Source of the DNA: Octopus sinensis
Taxonomy: Eukaryota
Assembly (NCBI RefSeq): GCF_006345805.1
Contig: NC_043000.1
Location: 94,116,001 to 94,180,000 of the forward strand
Length of the DNA stretch: 64,000 nucleotides
Direction: 5' to 3'
Under the pieces are notes generated by a model that saw only the letters and a program-made list of their open reading frames with translations, made no database searches and was not told the origin of the DNA. Below are positions 1 to 12,535 of the stretch, piece after piece (the stretch's first letter is position 1; every line of letters begins with the position of its first letter). The position numbers and the translations under genes were made by a program.

Positions 1-42
1 CGGTTGTCAAGCGATGTTGGGGGCACAAACGCAGACACACAA

Positions 43-123
<81 letters not shown>

Positions 124-298
124 TATATACATATATAAGACGGGATTCTTTCAGTTTCCGTCTACGAAATCTACTCACAAAGCTTTGGTCACCCCGAGGC
201 TATAGTAGAAGACACTTTCCCAAGGTGCCACGCAGTAGGACTGAACCCGGAACCATGTGGTTGGTAAGCAAGCTACGTACCACACAGCTACTCCCACG
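1..298 (-). mobile_element. tRNA-derived SINE family A (5' head plus internal (CA)n/(TA)n tract), cut by window edge
   Basis: The reverse complement gives a Pol III head (A-box TAGCTGTGTGG, B-box GGTTCAGTCC) and CACCTTGGGAAAGTGTCTTCTACTATAGCCTCGGG. The same body recurs at 790, 17532, 39918, 52352 and 55768. Confidence 0.85.
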
Positions 299-335
299 CT
301 TATTATTATTCTTATTGTTGTTGTTGACGTTGTGA

Positions 336-503
336 AGCCGGTGATCTGGTATAAGCGCTAGAGCGTCAGACAAAATGCCTTCCTTCTCCTTCTCTTCTGG
401 TTTCGAACCTTGCCGGGGTCTAATTCGCTTTTCCTCCTCTCGGCGTCGATAAAATAAGGTATCTGTCAAGCAGTGGATCGATGATATCGACTTAGCCTCT
501 TCT
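336..503 (+). mobile_element. Diverged SINE family B copy
   Basis: Degenerate match to the B consensus (GGTGATCTGG...GGCGTCGATAAAATAAGG...GATATCGACTTA). Confidence 0.55.
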
Positions 504-789
504 CTCAATATTGTGCCTAAATTAGCAACTGCAACTGCTGCTGCTGCTGTTGTTGTTTTCGTTGCTAGTAGTCGCTGTAGTAATAGTTATAATATAGTGT
601 CGTTGTTAACATCGTATTTGCTATCTCCGACACTTAAAAAAATGACTGAGATTATAGTACTCCTGCTACTATCCCTAAAATGGTATTGAACGGCATTTGT
701 CCATAGCGCTTCCATAAATATAGGTCAATTTCTTCGTAATTGCATGAATATAGAATGTTGTAAAAAGTATATCTTACTAATTTTTTTTA

Positions 790-931
790 AGCATAAGGTA
801 TGGCTGTGTGGTAAGAAGCTCGCTTCTCAACCACTTAGTTCCGGGTACAGTCTCACTGCATGGCACTTAGCCTCGGGCAGACCACAGCTTTGTGAGATGG
901 ATTTGCTAGATGGAAACTGTAAGAAGGCCGC

Positions 932-976
<45 letters not shown>

Positions 977-1888
977 GGTGCAGTGAATATATTGCCGTCT
1001 AAATTACCCAAAAATGAAAATAACACTCCCGTCTCATTTTAACAGATATATTATTTACCCAAATATCTTGAAATACTAAAGAATAAATTTATTCAATAAA
1101 ATCACCATTGGCTTCAACCACGGCCTCCAAATGACTTCGGAATCTCCTGCAACTCTTCTGGCCGGTCTCTTTGTTTAAGTTGGTGAATGCTGCTATAATC
1201 TTTGCCTTCAGTTCATCTTTGGTGTTACAAGGAGTTTTGTTGGGCTCTTGTTCAACTTTACCCCACACATAATACGGGGGTTGCAGTTTGGGGAGTTAGG
1301 TGGCCAGATGTTAAGGGTGATGTGGTTACAGAAATTGTCTGACAGCCATGACTGGGTTCTCGTGCTTGTGTGGCAAGGTGCAGAGTCTTATTGCCAGACA
1401 TAGGAACTTCCAGCAGCCACCCTCTTGACCCAGGGCAGCACCACCTTCTCCGGGCACTTGATGTAGGGCTCTGTGTTGAGTCTGAAGCCGTGAGAGAATA
1501 TGAATAGAGGCATAACGTTGCCATCACTAATTATCACTCCAAACACCATGATGTTCATTGGATGTTTGATTTCTTTCACTCAGATTGCCCTTAGACTGCA
1601 CTGTCCTCATATCGCACTTTCCTCAGATTGACACCCAAACACTAAAATGTTCGTATTAGAGCTCCCGCCGCAAATGCCAAGCAGTACAGCATGTCGTTTC
1701 CAAATTCCTGGCAGAGTGAATTGCGTCATGATGCTGTTTTTCGCACAAACGGTGTCCAACTGACCCTACTATACTGTGTAGTCGACAAAATCAAAAGCAA
1801 ACAAGACGCGTGCGCGAAATTAAAAATACAAAGTGGCGACAATTTACCTATTGCAGGCTATCTATCTATCTATCTATCTATCTATATA

Positions 1889-1938
<50 letters not shown>

Positions 1939-1991
1939 TATATTTATATATGTATGTATATATATGTATGATGTATGTATATATGTATACG

Positions 1992-2038
<47 letters not shown>

Positions 2039-2380
2039 TATATATATTTATATGTATATGTATATATATATATGTATGTATATATGTATGTATATGTATG
2101 TGCACATATATTTATGTATGTATATGTATGTAAGTATATATATCTATGTGTGTGTCTTTGGGTCTGTGTTTGTATTTGTCATTCCCACACACCATTTTTC
2201 AACCGGTGTTGATGTGTTAACATCCCCGTAACTTATCGGTTCGGCAAAGGAGACCCGATAGAACAAGTATTACGCTTAAAAAATAGTTGTGGAGTCGATT
2301 TGTTCGACTAAAACCCTTCAAAGTGGTGCTCCAGCATGGCCGTAATCAAATTACTGCAACAAGCAAAAGATAAAAGATAG
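790..2380 (+). mobile_element. SINE family A split by a Tc1/mariner insertion in its internal (TA)n tract
   Basis: Head at 790-934, microsatellite at 935-973 and 1860-2150, 3' half at 2150-2380 ending CAAGCAAAAGATAAAAGATAG. Confidence 0.8.
974..1858 (-). mobile_element. IS630-Tc1-mariner (maT/DD37D-like) internally deleted transposon
   Basis: Starts TA|CAGGGTGC. The degenerate opposite TIR is GGCGACAATTTACCTATTGCA at ~1835-1855. The minus strand translates to KHPMNIMVFGVI...VWQ*DSAPCHTS...WPPNSPNCNP..YYVWGKVE...LEAVVEANGDFIE, with a nonsense codon in the QQDSAP motif (~1388) and no N-terminal HTH. Confidence 0.85.
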
Positions 2381-4624
2381 TTAATTACTGTCATTGCTGT
2401 TGTTATTGTTATTGTTGTTGTTGCTTTCTTAGTTTGTGTTGCCTCAGTTGTTATATTTGCTGTTGTCTTTCTCTTTATGATAGTTCTTGAACCAATATTA
2501 ATATCAGATTAACTCGCTAATACTCTGACATATACGTCCCAAGTGTGTCCTACAATGTAGTTCTCTTTATATCGAAGAATCCAGTGCAGAGAAGAATACA
2601 AAAAAATGCTTTGTTTTACGTTTTGTGTGTCTGTTTTAACTATTTATGAATCTGCCAATAATTATAAACCATTTTTAACACAATATACAACTTCCGAGAA
2701 CAGCAACGTATTGAAGAGGTCTTTGTTCTCTATAACTTTAGGTTTATTTCTATAGGCAGGAACTTACAAGACTGATCTGTTTATAAATACAGACACAGAT
2801 CGATTGACGCAAGTTGTTTAATCAATCTCTATAGGAAATCGAATGGCAACCGGGTTTCTTTTGTAATGCGCTCCCGAAACTCCGTCAAAATTAATTTTAA
2901 AAGTATTTCTATATTTTCTTTTAGCAATAACCGAATAGACTGCAATAAAGTAGTTGAAGTAAGTCATACGTTAGACAGTTTGCAGACTAATATTTTTAGT
3001 ATCGAGTTTGTTGGTGCAAAATATTCAACATTAAATCATTATTCAGCCAGCGACCGAATAATGATTTAGCATCCATTTTTAAATTGCAATACATCCAATA
3101 ATGCAAAAATCACGCATTAGATTATATAGAAACCATAGTATTTTAGTGTGGCATTATGGTTGTTAAATAGCTATAAATGAATAACAACATGGTGTGTTGT
3201 GTTCATAATAACCACACTAATGTTGCATTAACTCTTATACATTTTTATTAACCTGGAACACTTGCATTTACATATATACAACAGTTGAATAAATTGATCA
3301 AAATTCAAGCGATATCGAATGGAGTAGGTGTGAGTTTTCACTGCATAATATGGTAAATAGTAATACAAATATAGTTCATAATTATTGAGAATCAACTGAG
3401 TAGAAAGAACCAGTACCTCATCACAGTGTTGATTGGCATAGCTTTGACCAACACCTCTTGTTCGGGATAAAACAAGTAAAAACTGTGAGAACACCCATCA
3501 TTGAACATAGTAACATGATTCCTTACAGCATCAGAGGTCGCCCTATCAGGCATATCAAAATCTCAGTTTTTATACTGCCCAACGGCAAGAAGGATCCAGA
3601 GATCTGAGTGACCGAGTATGGTTACGCAAGGGTTATTTCCCTTCATGAAAAAAAAATTAAGTTTTTATAATTGTCTTTGCCTTTTATGGCCGTATAATAA
3701 ATCGTAGTCCTGAGTCGGGAAACCTCAGCGTAATGGTTCGAAATTCAGCAGGAGACTCGCAACAGTATCAAATTCAAACAGATTATTCTTATTTCTTTGG
3801 ATGTTTCCATTGGTATCTAATTTATATTGAAGTAATTTCATTTAATTCCACGTTTCCTCATGATATTATTTTTCGGTATACTTGTCGGCATGTGAATGAC
3901 AGATTTTATATATAGTGTTGACGATATGAAAGAACACTGAAACGTAAGCGTCATACGATCGAATGACATCTGTAGGAGGAGAATTTTCTCCCAGGACCAT
4001 TTCCGCAGCGGAAGGTCGTCTCATGAGCGAATGACACAAATGTATTACTTATGACTTTATACGAATATATTTTATTTAGCGCTATTTCGTGCGGCATTAT
4101 TTTATTAATATATATGTATATTTTAATAAGTTCGAAAATATGATTGTGCACTTTCTTTCTCAATCTATTCTTGACTCGCATTTCAGTTCCAGCAACGTTG
4201 ATGTTGACTTGGTCTTCATCTACTCCAGGTTCTATAAAATTACGACCAATAACTAGAATTGGTTTAATTACTGTATAACCAACCCCAATACAAATTTCGA
4301 TTTGTGTCCCAGTAAAAAGAAATCTATATTTCCCACTCCAAGACAGTGTTTTTATTTTTTGACATTCTTTGCGAAAAAGGAAAAACAATGTCATACAAAA
4401 AATTCCCCCAATAAGTCCCTTAAAACAACAAGTGCCTATCTTGCAGTTGCGCCTCTTCAACAGTTGTTCGATTCAAGACGGCCACCAACGCACGTGTTGA
4501 CAGTGTTCAATCCGATAAGCAACTAACAAACACGCATGCGCGTAAGCAAGCTACTTACCACACCGTCACTAGATATTAAAATATTGAATGCACTAACTTA
4601 TTGTTCTATGACAGCAGGGGTAGT

Positions 4625-4965
4625 AGTCACCAGAAGATTAGAAATCTCACAGGGAAAGATTAAAAAAGAGCCCATGTGGAAAAGGAGACGACAGGGATGA
4701 CTTTATGACAAGATCTGAGTAGAAAAGAAACCAGGAAACTGAACAAGTTAGGAAACACAAGATGCAAATCTTGCCGCAAGGAAAGATACTTAGTCAAAGA
4801 GAAAAGATTTGGGACAATAATAGAAGAGTTGAAACAGCGTATCGTAGCAGTAGCGGGCAAGCTCTTCAGATATCAGAAAAGAATAGATAAGTATCAACAG
4901 AATAAATTATTTGAGACAGACCAGAGGAGATTTATAACCAAATAAATAGTGGAGAACGAAGTACG
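4625..4965 (+). mobile_element. R4/Dong-like (RLE-type) non-LTR retrotransposon fragment, region upstream of RT
   Basis: Translates with breaks to KEPMWKRR...DLSR...ERYLVKEKRFGTIIEELKQRIVAVAGKLFRYQKRIDKYQQNKLFETDQRRF, resembling the R4/Dong PWKRR...EELKQRI.A...RY..R...QN.LF segment (recalled, not searched). Confidence 0.6.
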
Positions 4966-4971
4966 GAAGAT

Positions 4972-5132
4972 TTTATCGACCCCAGTGTTTCACTGGTATT
5001 TAATTTATCGACTTCGAAAGGATGAAAGACAAAGTCGACCTCGGCGAAATTTGAACTCAGAACGTAATGACGGATGAAATACCGCTAAGCATTTTACCTG
5101 GCGTACTAACAATTCTGCCACTTCACCACTTT
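4972..5132 (-). mobile_element. SINE family B
   Basis: The reverse complement gives TGGCAGAATTGTTAG...CTGAGTTCAAATTTCGCCGAGGTCGACTTTGTCTTTCATCCTTTCGAAGTCGATAAATTAAATACCAG. Confidence 0.85.
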
Positions 5133-5136
5133 AAAT

Positions 5137-5170
<34 letters not shown>

Positions 5171-5172
5171 AA

Positions 5173-5204
<32 letters not shown>

Positions 5205-6183
5205 TAATAATAATAATAATAATAATAATGTCTTTCATATATATACCCATGCATTTCTTTTATCTCTTATGACTTATATAATTTCCTTAAAGTACTTTTA
5301 AACGAATGCAGTATTCTTTAAGATTGAACAAATAATTCTTTGTAGAAACCATGTAAATTTTAATGGTTTCTTGGGTGAATTCATGTAATATAAATGTGTA
5401 TTGATTGTCATACTTGCTTTAATCATTTTTAAAAAATGGTTCTTTGCAAATCTCCGCACTTTTGCAGCTAAATATATCTACTGCGGTCAGCCATAATATG
5501 AACGATTTATAATGCTCTGCATGAAATATGCATTTGCAAGAAATATATATGTATATTGATAGTTATATCTGTTTTAATAAACATAACAGTAATTTATAAA
5601 GGTGTGCCTCTTATGATTAAAGATTGACGTGATTTGTCATTTTTGTATAGATATATATGATACTGAGCTTGAAATATTTGCACCCTATTTGTTTTTATTA
5701 ACATTTTTAGCAGCTGTAGGTGTGTGATGCGTATTTCTCTATAATACTTTCTGAAAATATGAAAATCAGTGTTATTTTTGTATTAGGCTGTATTTCAATG
5801 TCTGAGTACCACATATAATTGAAAAATGATGGTCATCTTTTGCCGATTGAATGCACGCACTATATCTGTCCCACGTGTCTCCTGCTGTGCTCTCTATTCA
5901 ATTTTTGTATTAGATTGTATTTCATCGTGTGAGTACCACATATAGTGGAAAGTGTCAGGAAAATGTAGACTGTGAAACCGATATTTTGCCAGATTGAACT
6001 ATTTCGTCACAAAGATTGAATGTGATTTAGAACCGTAATTAGTAAGTTGTGAAGAGCTGGGTGTCTTGACATCGATCTCCACGACGTCACACAATAGATT
6101 AAGGGGAATTTTCGATTGCATTCACCAACCAACTTTCATTACATTTTACTTTGTAAGGAGATCACCAGAGTTCATTGGAGAAT

Positions 6184-6196
6184 ACTACTACTACTA

Positions 6197-6227
<31 letters not shown>

Positions 6228-6253
6228 GATGCTGCTGCTGCTGGTGCTGCTGC

Positions 6254-6284
<31 letters not shown>

Positions 6285-6411
6285 TCTGCTGCTTCTGCTG
6301 CTGCTGCTTCTGCTGCTTCTGCTGCTGCTGCTTCTGCTGCTGCTTCTGCTGCTGCTTCTACTACTACTACTACTACTACTACTAATAATAATAATAATAA
6401 TAATAATAATG

Positions 6412-6443
<32 letters not shown>
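6184..6443. repeat. Compound trinucleotide microsatellite (CTA)n-(CTG/CTT)n-(CTA)n-(AAT)n
   Basis: Read directly; explains the poly-T/A/N/L ORFs here. Confidence 0.95.
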
Positions 6444-6724
6444 CTATTCTTTTTTATTGGCCACAAGGGCTAACACGCATGATTACATAAAGGGACAAGA
6501 CAGGACGAAAGGTTACAAAGGGTTTTGCCGTTTTTTAAAAACATCGAGTAAAAATCTTTATAACAACTTATAAAATTCAACAATGAAAAACTCCCAAAAT
6601 GAGGAGACGTCTCGAAATGTTCCCGGTGGAAAAAACCCTACAAAAGCCAACGGGAGCCTGGTCAAAAAAAGGGGGTGTAGAGAGTCCCCTTTCTTCTCCT
6701 TTTACATTACCTTTTTGTTTGAAA

Positions 6725-9700
6725 TCACAGGCGAAACCTGAGAACTGGTCCATTTATACAGGCCAGTCTCGCACAATTCACCCACCTTTCATAAAACTTG
6801 CTATCGGACAGCACTTTCCTCTCTAACCTCATCTTCCTTTTCAAGTGAAACTTGAAAAAGTTGATGAGGCCTTGACCAAGAGGAAAGTGTCTGACTTTAG
6901 CCCTTTCAAACGAGTCCACCACACGACTTCTTTCGCCACAGCCACAAGGCACAAGAAAACGGCCTCGCCCTCCTTGTTAAAGGAGGTCGCGGGGCAATCT
7001 TCACTATGGATTCGGCCGATAGTCGGATCCGTCCTACACGTGACAGTAGCTGTTCGACATAACCCATATTTCAGCAATACTCGGGCACTGGACGAGTGCG
7101 TGCAGAACGGTTTCGTCGTCCTGGCAACACCTCGGGCAGGCCCGGCTGACGGCACTTCCGTGCCGGTAGAGTTTATCTCGAACAGGCAGAGCCCCTCGGT
7201 AGCACTGCCAGGCGAGAGACCTCTGGAAATTATCCATCGGCCCCGGCCCGAAAGTCCTCCCGAACAGACCGCTCAGTTCGTCGTCTTCAACGCCTAGAGT
7301 TTCCCCGAGAACGTCGTCGCATTTTTCCTCCACTAACCCTCTATAGAACGCTAGAGTGGAGCTGTAACCGACCGCATTGCCCGCCTGGCGGAGGGCGGAG
7401 AGGGCTTGACGGCACTCGAGGTGCCAAGCGCCCTTTCTCGGTCTACGTTTGATCCAGGTCTGCAGCTCCGTCAAAGAGACGAGCTGCGGAAAATCGCGTC
7501 TGACAAAAGACGACCACACCTGTTCACCGTCTAGGAAGCGCTTGAGATGCCGCAGCCTGAGCGCATGTCTGCGCAACAGCAACCACGGCATTCCAAGGCC
7601 TCCGTTCAGCGGTCGTTGACAGCAGATGGATCGCCTGACCAGTGGCACCTGACCCTTCCACAAAAAGTCGAAGAGCAGGCGTACCAGCTTGGCCAACCAG
7701 CGGTCGGGACAAGGGACGACGGTCAAGCGGTAATAGATGACGGATGCGATGTACGCATTCGCCACCTCCGCTCGACCTTTCAGGGACAGCTTCCTCTCGG
7801 CCCATTTCTGGGTGAGACGTGCCACCCTGCTCGTCACCTCTTCCCAGTCTTATCCACCTGGAGGTCCGGACCGAACCAGACCCCGAGCAGTTTAACGGGT
7901 CCGTCTGTCCAGCGCCTACGACGCTGTTGGACGGCATGGGCTTGCCTCTCCAGGTGCCCAGTTGCAAGCCCACAGACTTTTCCGCGTTAATCTTTGCCCC
8001 TGTCACCGCTTCGTACTGGTTTAGCGTCTCGCCAATCAGGCCAATGTGCCTGTGGCTCGACACCACCACGGTGACGTCGTCGGCATAAGCAGACACGCTG
8101 TTTCCGCCTCCTAGATCGCGGGATGCCCCTCAAAGCCTCCAACTTGCGCAGTAATGGCTCGAGAGTCAAAATGTACAAGAGGGAGGAGAGAGGGCATCCT
8201 TGGCGGACCGAACGCGAGATGTCGAACGGTTCCGAAAGGTGACCGTTCACCCGTATCACCGAGCAGATGTTGCTGTATAAAGCAGCGATCCACCCGCGGA
8301 AGACTGGACCGAAGCCGGCTGCCTTGAGGACAGCTGCCAGGTACCGATGGTCGACCTATCGAAGGCTTTACTCTGATCCAAGTTGATCAAAGCCCCACCC
8401 GCGCCAGCGTCGTTACCCACCCTCTCTATGATGTAGCGCATGAGATGGAGGTTGTCGTGTATCGACCTGGTCGGCACGGCGCATGTCTGCGTCCCGCCGA
8501 CCAGCTTGTCCACGACAAGCGCCAATCTCTTGGCTAGCACCTTGGCCAAAATCTTCAACTCTGCATTGAGCAGAGTGATGGGCCGAAAATTCCCTATAAC
8601 GTCCCCCTGTTTGGGTCCTTCTTTAGCAAAGCCACCACCCCTCGACAGACAAAAGCAGGAATTCTCCCGTTTTGCTGCCAGTTGCAGTAGACGTTTGCCA
8701 ACAGGTCCGCAAACAAGTCTGGCATTGAAAAGTAAAGCTCGTAGGGCAGACCATCCAAACCCGGCGATCTACCTCTCGTGCAACTCTTCATCGCTTCCTG
8801 TACTTCCAGGCAGATATCGGTCCTTCGCAGCACTCTGCCTCGCTGTTCGAGAGTTGCGGCAGTCCGTCCAGGTACACACCGAAGTCTGTACCGTTGGTGT
8901 CCGTTCCACCGCTCGTCCCAAACAGTTGAGCAAAGTGCCGCTGAAGCACCGTACACATCTGCTTCGGTTGGGTAACCTCGCGCCCGTTCTGGTCCACCAA
9001 AGACCGAATGGTTGCTCTGTTGCCTCGCTTCGCCTCCGCCACGCGGGCCATCGAGCGGCTCTAGTCCCCTCCCCGCTTAGCGAACGTGCCTTAGCTCTGA
9101 CAACGCAGCCTTCGTGTTTGGCGTCGAAGTGTTGGTCGAGGGCCAACCTTGCCGCCAACACGTCGGTCGCGATGCCAGTGTCAAGAGCCTCGTCTAGTTT
9201 CTTAACTAAATCCCGCTCTCTCTTCCTACGTTCAATAGCTAGAGTCTTACTATACCTAATCGACTCTACTCTAATTGCTCTCTTGAGGGCAAACCACCAG
9301 TTGTTGTTGATGATTGCCCCCGTGAGCGCCCGCTTAACTAGTAAACTAATCCGGTCTCTGTAAGCTTTGCACGCCGTTAACGACGCGTTCAGCTTCCAGT
9401 AGCCGGGTCCCTGTCTATGTAGCCTATCTAAGTCGACCGTACAGATCACTAATTTGTGGTCCGTATATTCGACTAGGTGGAATTGTGGACACCCTACGCT
9501 GTCCTTATCCGCTGGCCTACAAAACACTCTATCTAAGTACGATCTAGACGACCCGATGCGGTTTGTCCAAGTCCACATTGGCACATTCGGGTTGTCTAGT
9601 CGAAACCTGTCGGACAGCTGAAAGCGGCCGAGTAGGTTGGCGAGGCTCTTGCACCCTCCCCCTCTCCTAACAGACGCTCCCCTGCCCACCCGATCGAAAC

Positions 9701-10148
9701 GTTCGTCTAAGACAGCGTTCCAATCCCCAACTAGTACTAGAGTGCGTGACGTTCCCAGGAAAACTTCCAGACGTTTGAAATAATCCGACTGCCCTGCTCC
9801 TGTCGGAGCGTAGGCAGCCAGCAGTCTGAAAGCACCGCCGTCACTACCGTCCACGTCGAGGACCACCAACTTACCTTCCGGATCCAAGAAGACTGTCCTT
9901 ATTTTCAGGTCCAGGCCCTTCCGAAACAACACCGCAGTACCACCACCGCCCGCTCCCGGCCGACACGGAGATAGAAATATCTCGTATCCGCCGAAAAGGG
10001 CTGCGAGTTCCTGCGGGTGGGAGAGCCTGGTTTCACTGATGGCTGCTACATCCACATCATGAAACCTCAGGTCATTTAACAGGTGACCCTGTTTCCAAGG
10101 TGACCCGAGGCCTCTCACATTCAAGCAACCGATTCTAAGATTTGCCAT
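6725..10148 (-). CDS. Tx1-type ORF2: apurinic endonuclease + reverse transcriptase + C-terminal zinc finger (several 1-nt frameshifts in this assembly)
   Basis: APE motifs: MANLRIGCLNVRGL, AISETR, YAPT, GDWN, SYLDR, YTDHK. RT motifs: SPGLDG, NFRPITLLN, DQSKAFDR, RQGCPLS, YADD (8076-8087). C-terminus: CPRCCQDDETVLHALVQC. Stop at 6725. Confidence 0.92.
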
Positions 10149-10186
10149 GTCTCAAAGTAGGGGAAAAAAAAAGGAGAAAAAAGGCT

Positions 10187-11008
10187 CTACTTACTGTTGT
10201 TGGTGGTGGGGGTGGCTCCCTTGTGCTTTTGCACGGGTGCTTCCACAATGTTTTTATAAAGTTTCTTCGAGAAACTTTTCCCTAGCGATCCCACATCGTT
10301 AGGGAATATTTGTTTGATTTCATCATATGTTTTTGCATTTATTTTTATTGTGAGAATGTGTGCTGGTGGTGTGTTTTGTGTTGGTATGATGAAATCGGTT
10401 ATATTTGTACTAGTTTTGTTTTTTAAGTACTCCACTAGTTTTTGGTTCTTTGTGTTTATTGATGTAATTGTGTCTATAATTGTGTCTGTGTTTGTTTGTG
10501 TCTGTGGTAGTGGCAGTAGTGGTGTCGAAAGTGTTGTTGTTGTTGTTTGTTGTTGTGAGTGTGTGTTGTTGTTGATGTTGTTGTTGATGTTGGGAAGTAC
10601 TGTTTGTTCGTGCTTCCCCTTTAAATCTTTTTGTTTTTTCCTCCTTTTCTTTTTTGGAGGTACTATATTCCATTCTCCTTTGTTGGAATCGGAGCTCGCA
10701 CAATCCGAGATCTCTTCATCCGGCAAAGGAATGGTTGAGGGGTCTGCTTCAGTAGCAGGACGAAAAGTTTCTGGTTCCACCGGTATCGGTGGTGCCGCTG
10801 CTCCTGTTACTGTTGATGTCGCTGCTGTCGACCTTCGAGGTACTGGTGTCGGTGTTGGTTGGTGGTGGTTGTCGGTGTTGGTTTGGTGGTGGTTGTTGTT
10901 GTTGGAGGTGGTGTTGCTCGTCTTGGTGCTGGTGTTGGTGATGGTGTTGGTGGTGTGTGGCAGCCTTGGTGTTTCTTGCTGTTTTTGTTGTTTCTGTGTT
11001 GTTGCTTG

Positions 11009-11039
<31 letters not shown>

Positions 11040-12062
11040 GCTGCTGCCTCTTGCTGAAAGCCTCCATCCTCTTTTTGTGAATGGGACAGTCCCTCTTTAA
11101 GTGGCTTTCGCTGCTGCAGAGAAAACATTTTGGCTTTCGCCCCTCCACAGCAACGTTTAGCCTGGTGCCGTCCGGCAAACTTACGAAATCAGGGATTTTA
11201 CTTATATTCTCTTGCTGAATTTGCGCAAGAAGCAGCACTCCCATCCCCAACCAGTTTTTCGCCCTCACTCTCCTGACATCTAGAATGGTGGTAGTGTCCT
11301 CTATATCATAGAGGACAGCTGCCACCAGCCATGACATATTTAGTTCAGGGGGGACGAGGTCGATTTTTATTTTTGTCACTCTTCGCCCGAGGTGGGTTGG
11401 AATTAGTAACAAATTCTCAGTTTGCAAGGGCGAAATGGCGTTCGCCCTTGCCAGCTCCTCTGTTGGGAAGCGAACCTCCACGGTTCCAAAACGCTCCCCT
11501 TGGTTACGTAGCTCTTTTGGGCCCAAATGGGCTTTAGAGCTATCTCCAACTGTTGGGGTGTGGCATTTGTTATTCTTTTTAGTTTTCTGTCGAAAACTTT
11601 GTAAATTATTGTTTGCTTGTTGGTGCTTTCAATCACCTCTTGTGGAGTATTGAGGAAGATACCATTGCCATCCTTCCTTAACAATTCCTTCGCTCTTTTC
11701 ACATCTTCTAGAGTTATCTTAACTTCCTCCGAAATTTGCTTCGCAGCAGAAGCAAAATTGTTGGAAGTTTTTTCTTTTATCTCCGTGTCAATGTTTGTGA
11801 TGATTTTTGTATTTGTTTTTTCTTCCTCCTCCTTCCTTACCAAAGCATTGGGTGAAGGCAGAGGGGGAAAATCAAGAATTACGTCGAACGCGACGTCATG
11901 ACTTGCATTTTCCTTTTGAACCGAGCGCGTGCTCTGCGGTTCGGAAGGAGAATCTTTGTTGCCTTTTAAGGCGTGAAGTGGGTGTTTTGTACGAGTTGTG
12001 TGTGTTTGCGGAGGGAGTGTATCTTGAAGGAAGGAACAGCCAACTGTTCGCTTCATAGCCAT
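10187..12062 (-). CDS. Tx1-type ORF1 (gag-like, CCHC zinc knuckle, low-complexity C-terminus; about two frameshifts)
   Basis: ATG at 12062 (MAMKRT...). Contains GTVEVRF (RRM-like), KPKCFLCSSESHLKRDC, Q/T/N tracts and the basic stretch PPKKKRRKK. It stops 39 nt before the ORF2 ATG. Confidence 0.8.
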
Positions 12063-12292
12063 TTTTTTTGTTGTAATATTCAAAATGTTGAAAAAATGTC
12101 AAATGTTCAAAGTTTTCAAACGCAATTTCACCCCGAATGGGGCAAAATTTCGCCCAACCGACGAGCTCCGCAAGAAGCCGGTCGGTTTGGCTACAAAAAT
12201 ATTAAAAAATATTCAAACCTATTAATAGATTTCCAATGAAATTGGTGTCAAATTCACGGAGCTGATTCACGTACGTCTAACGGCGTCGGAAG

Positions 12293-12293
<1 letters not shown>

Positions 12294-12345
<52 letters not shown>

Positions 12346-12383
12346 TCTAGAATATAGAATAATAATAATTATAATATAATATA

Positions 12384-12447
<64 letters not shown>

Positions 12448-12535
12448 TATAATAAAATAATAATAATAAATAATAAAATAATAATAATAATCTAATAATA
12501 ATATAATAATAATAAAATAATAATAATATAATAAT
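12294..12535. repeat. (AAT)n microsatellite flanking the LINE 5' end
   Basis: Read directly. Confidence 0.95.

Larger units (their letters stand above)
6444..12293 (-). mobile_element. Full-length Tx1/L1-clade non-LTR retrotransposon (5'UTR, ORF1, ORF2, 3'UTR)
   Basis: The 5' end CCTTCCGACGCCGTTAGACGTACGTG abuts (AAT)n at 12294. It carries ORF1 with a zinc knuckle and ORF2 with APE-RT-CCHC. The 3'UTR ends CCAATAAAAAAGAATAG, then (ATT)n. Confidence 0.93.

Noticed and set aside
3403-3606. Stop-free ~67-codon plus-strand frame (KEPVPHH...KDPEI)
   Set aside because: No start codon, no good acceptor site and no recognisable family.
3951-4460. 169-aa ORF with EDQVNINVAGTEM, faintly like a Kv T1 domain start
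   Set aside because: The similarity covers only a few residues, the downstream T1 motif is absent, and splice signals are unconvincing.
8440-9363. 307-aa plus-strand ORF and other plus-strand ORFs over the LINE
   Set aside because: Antisense shadows of GC-rich ORF2, with no recognisable motif.
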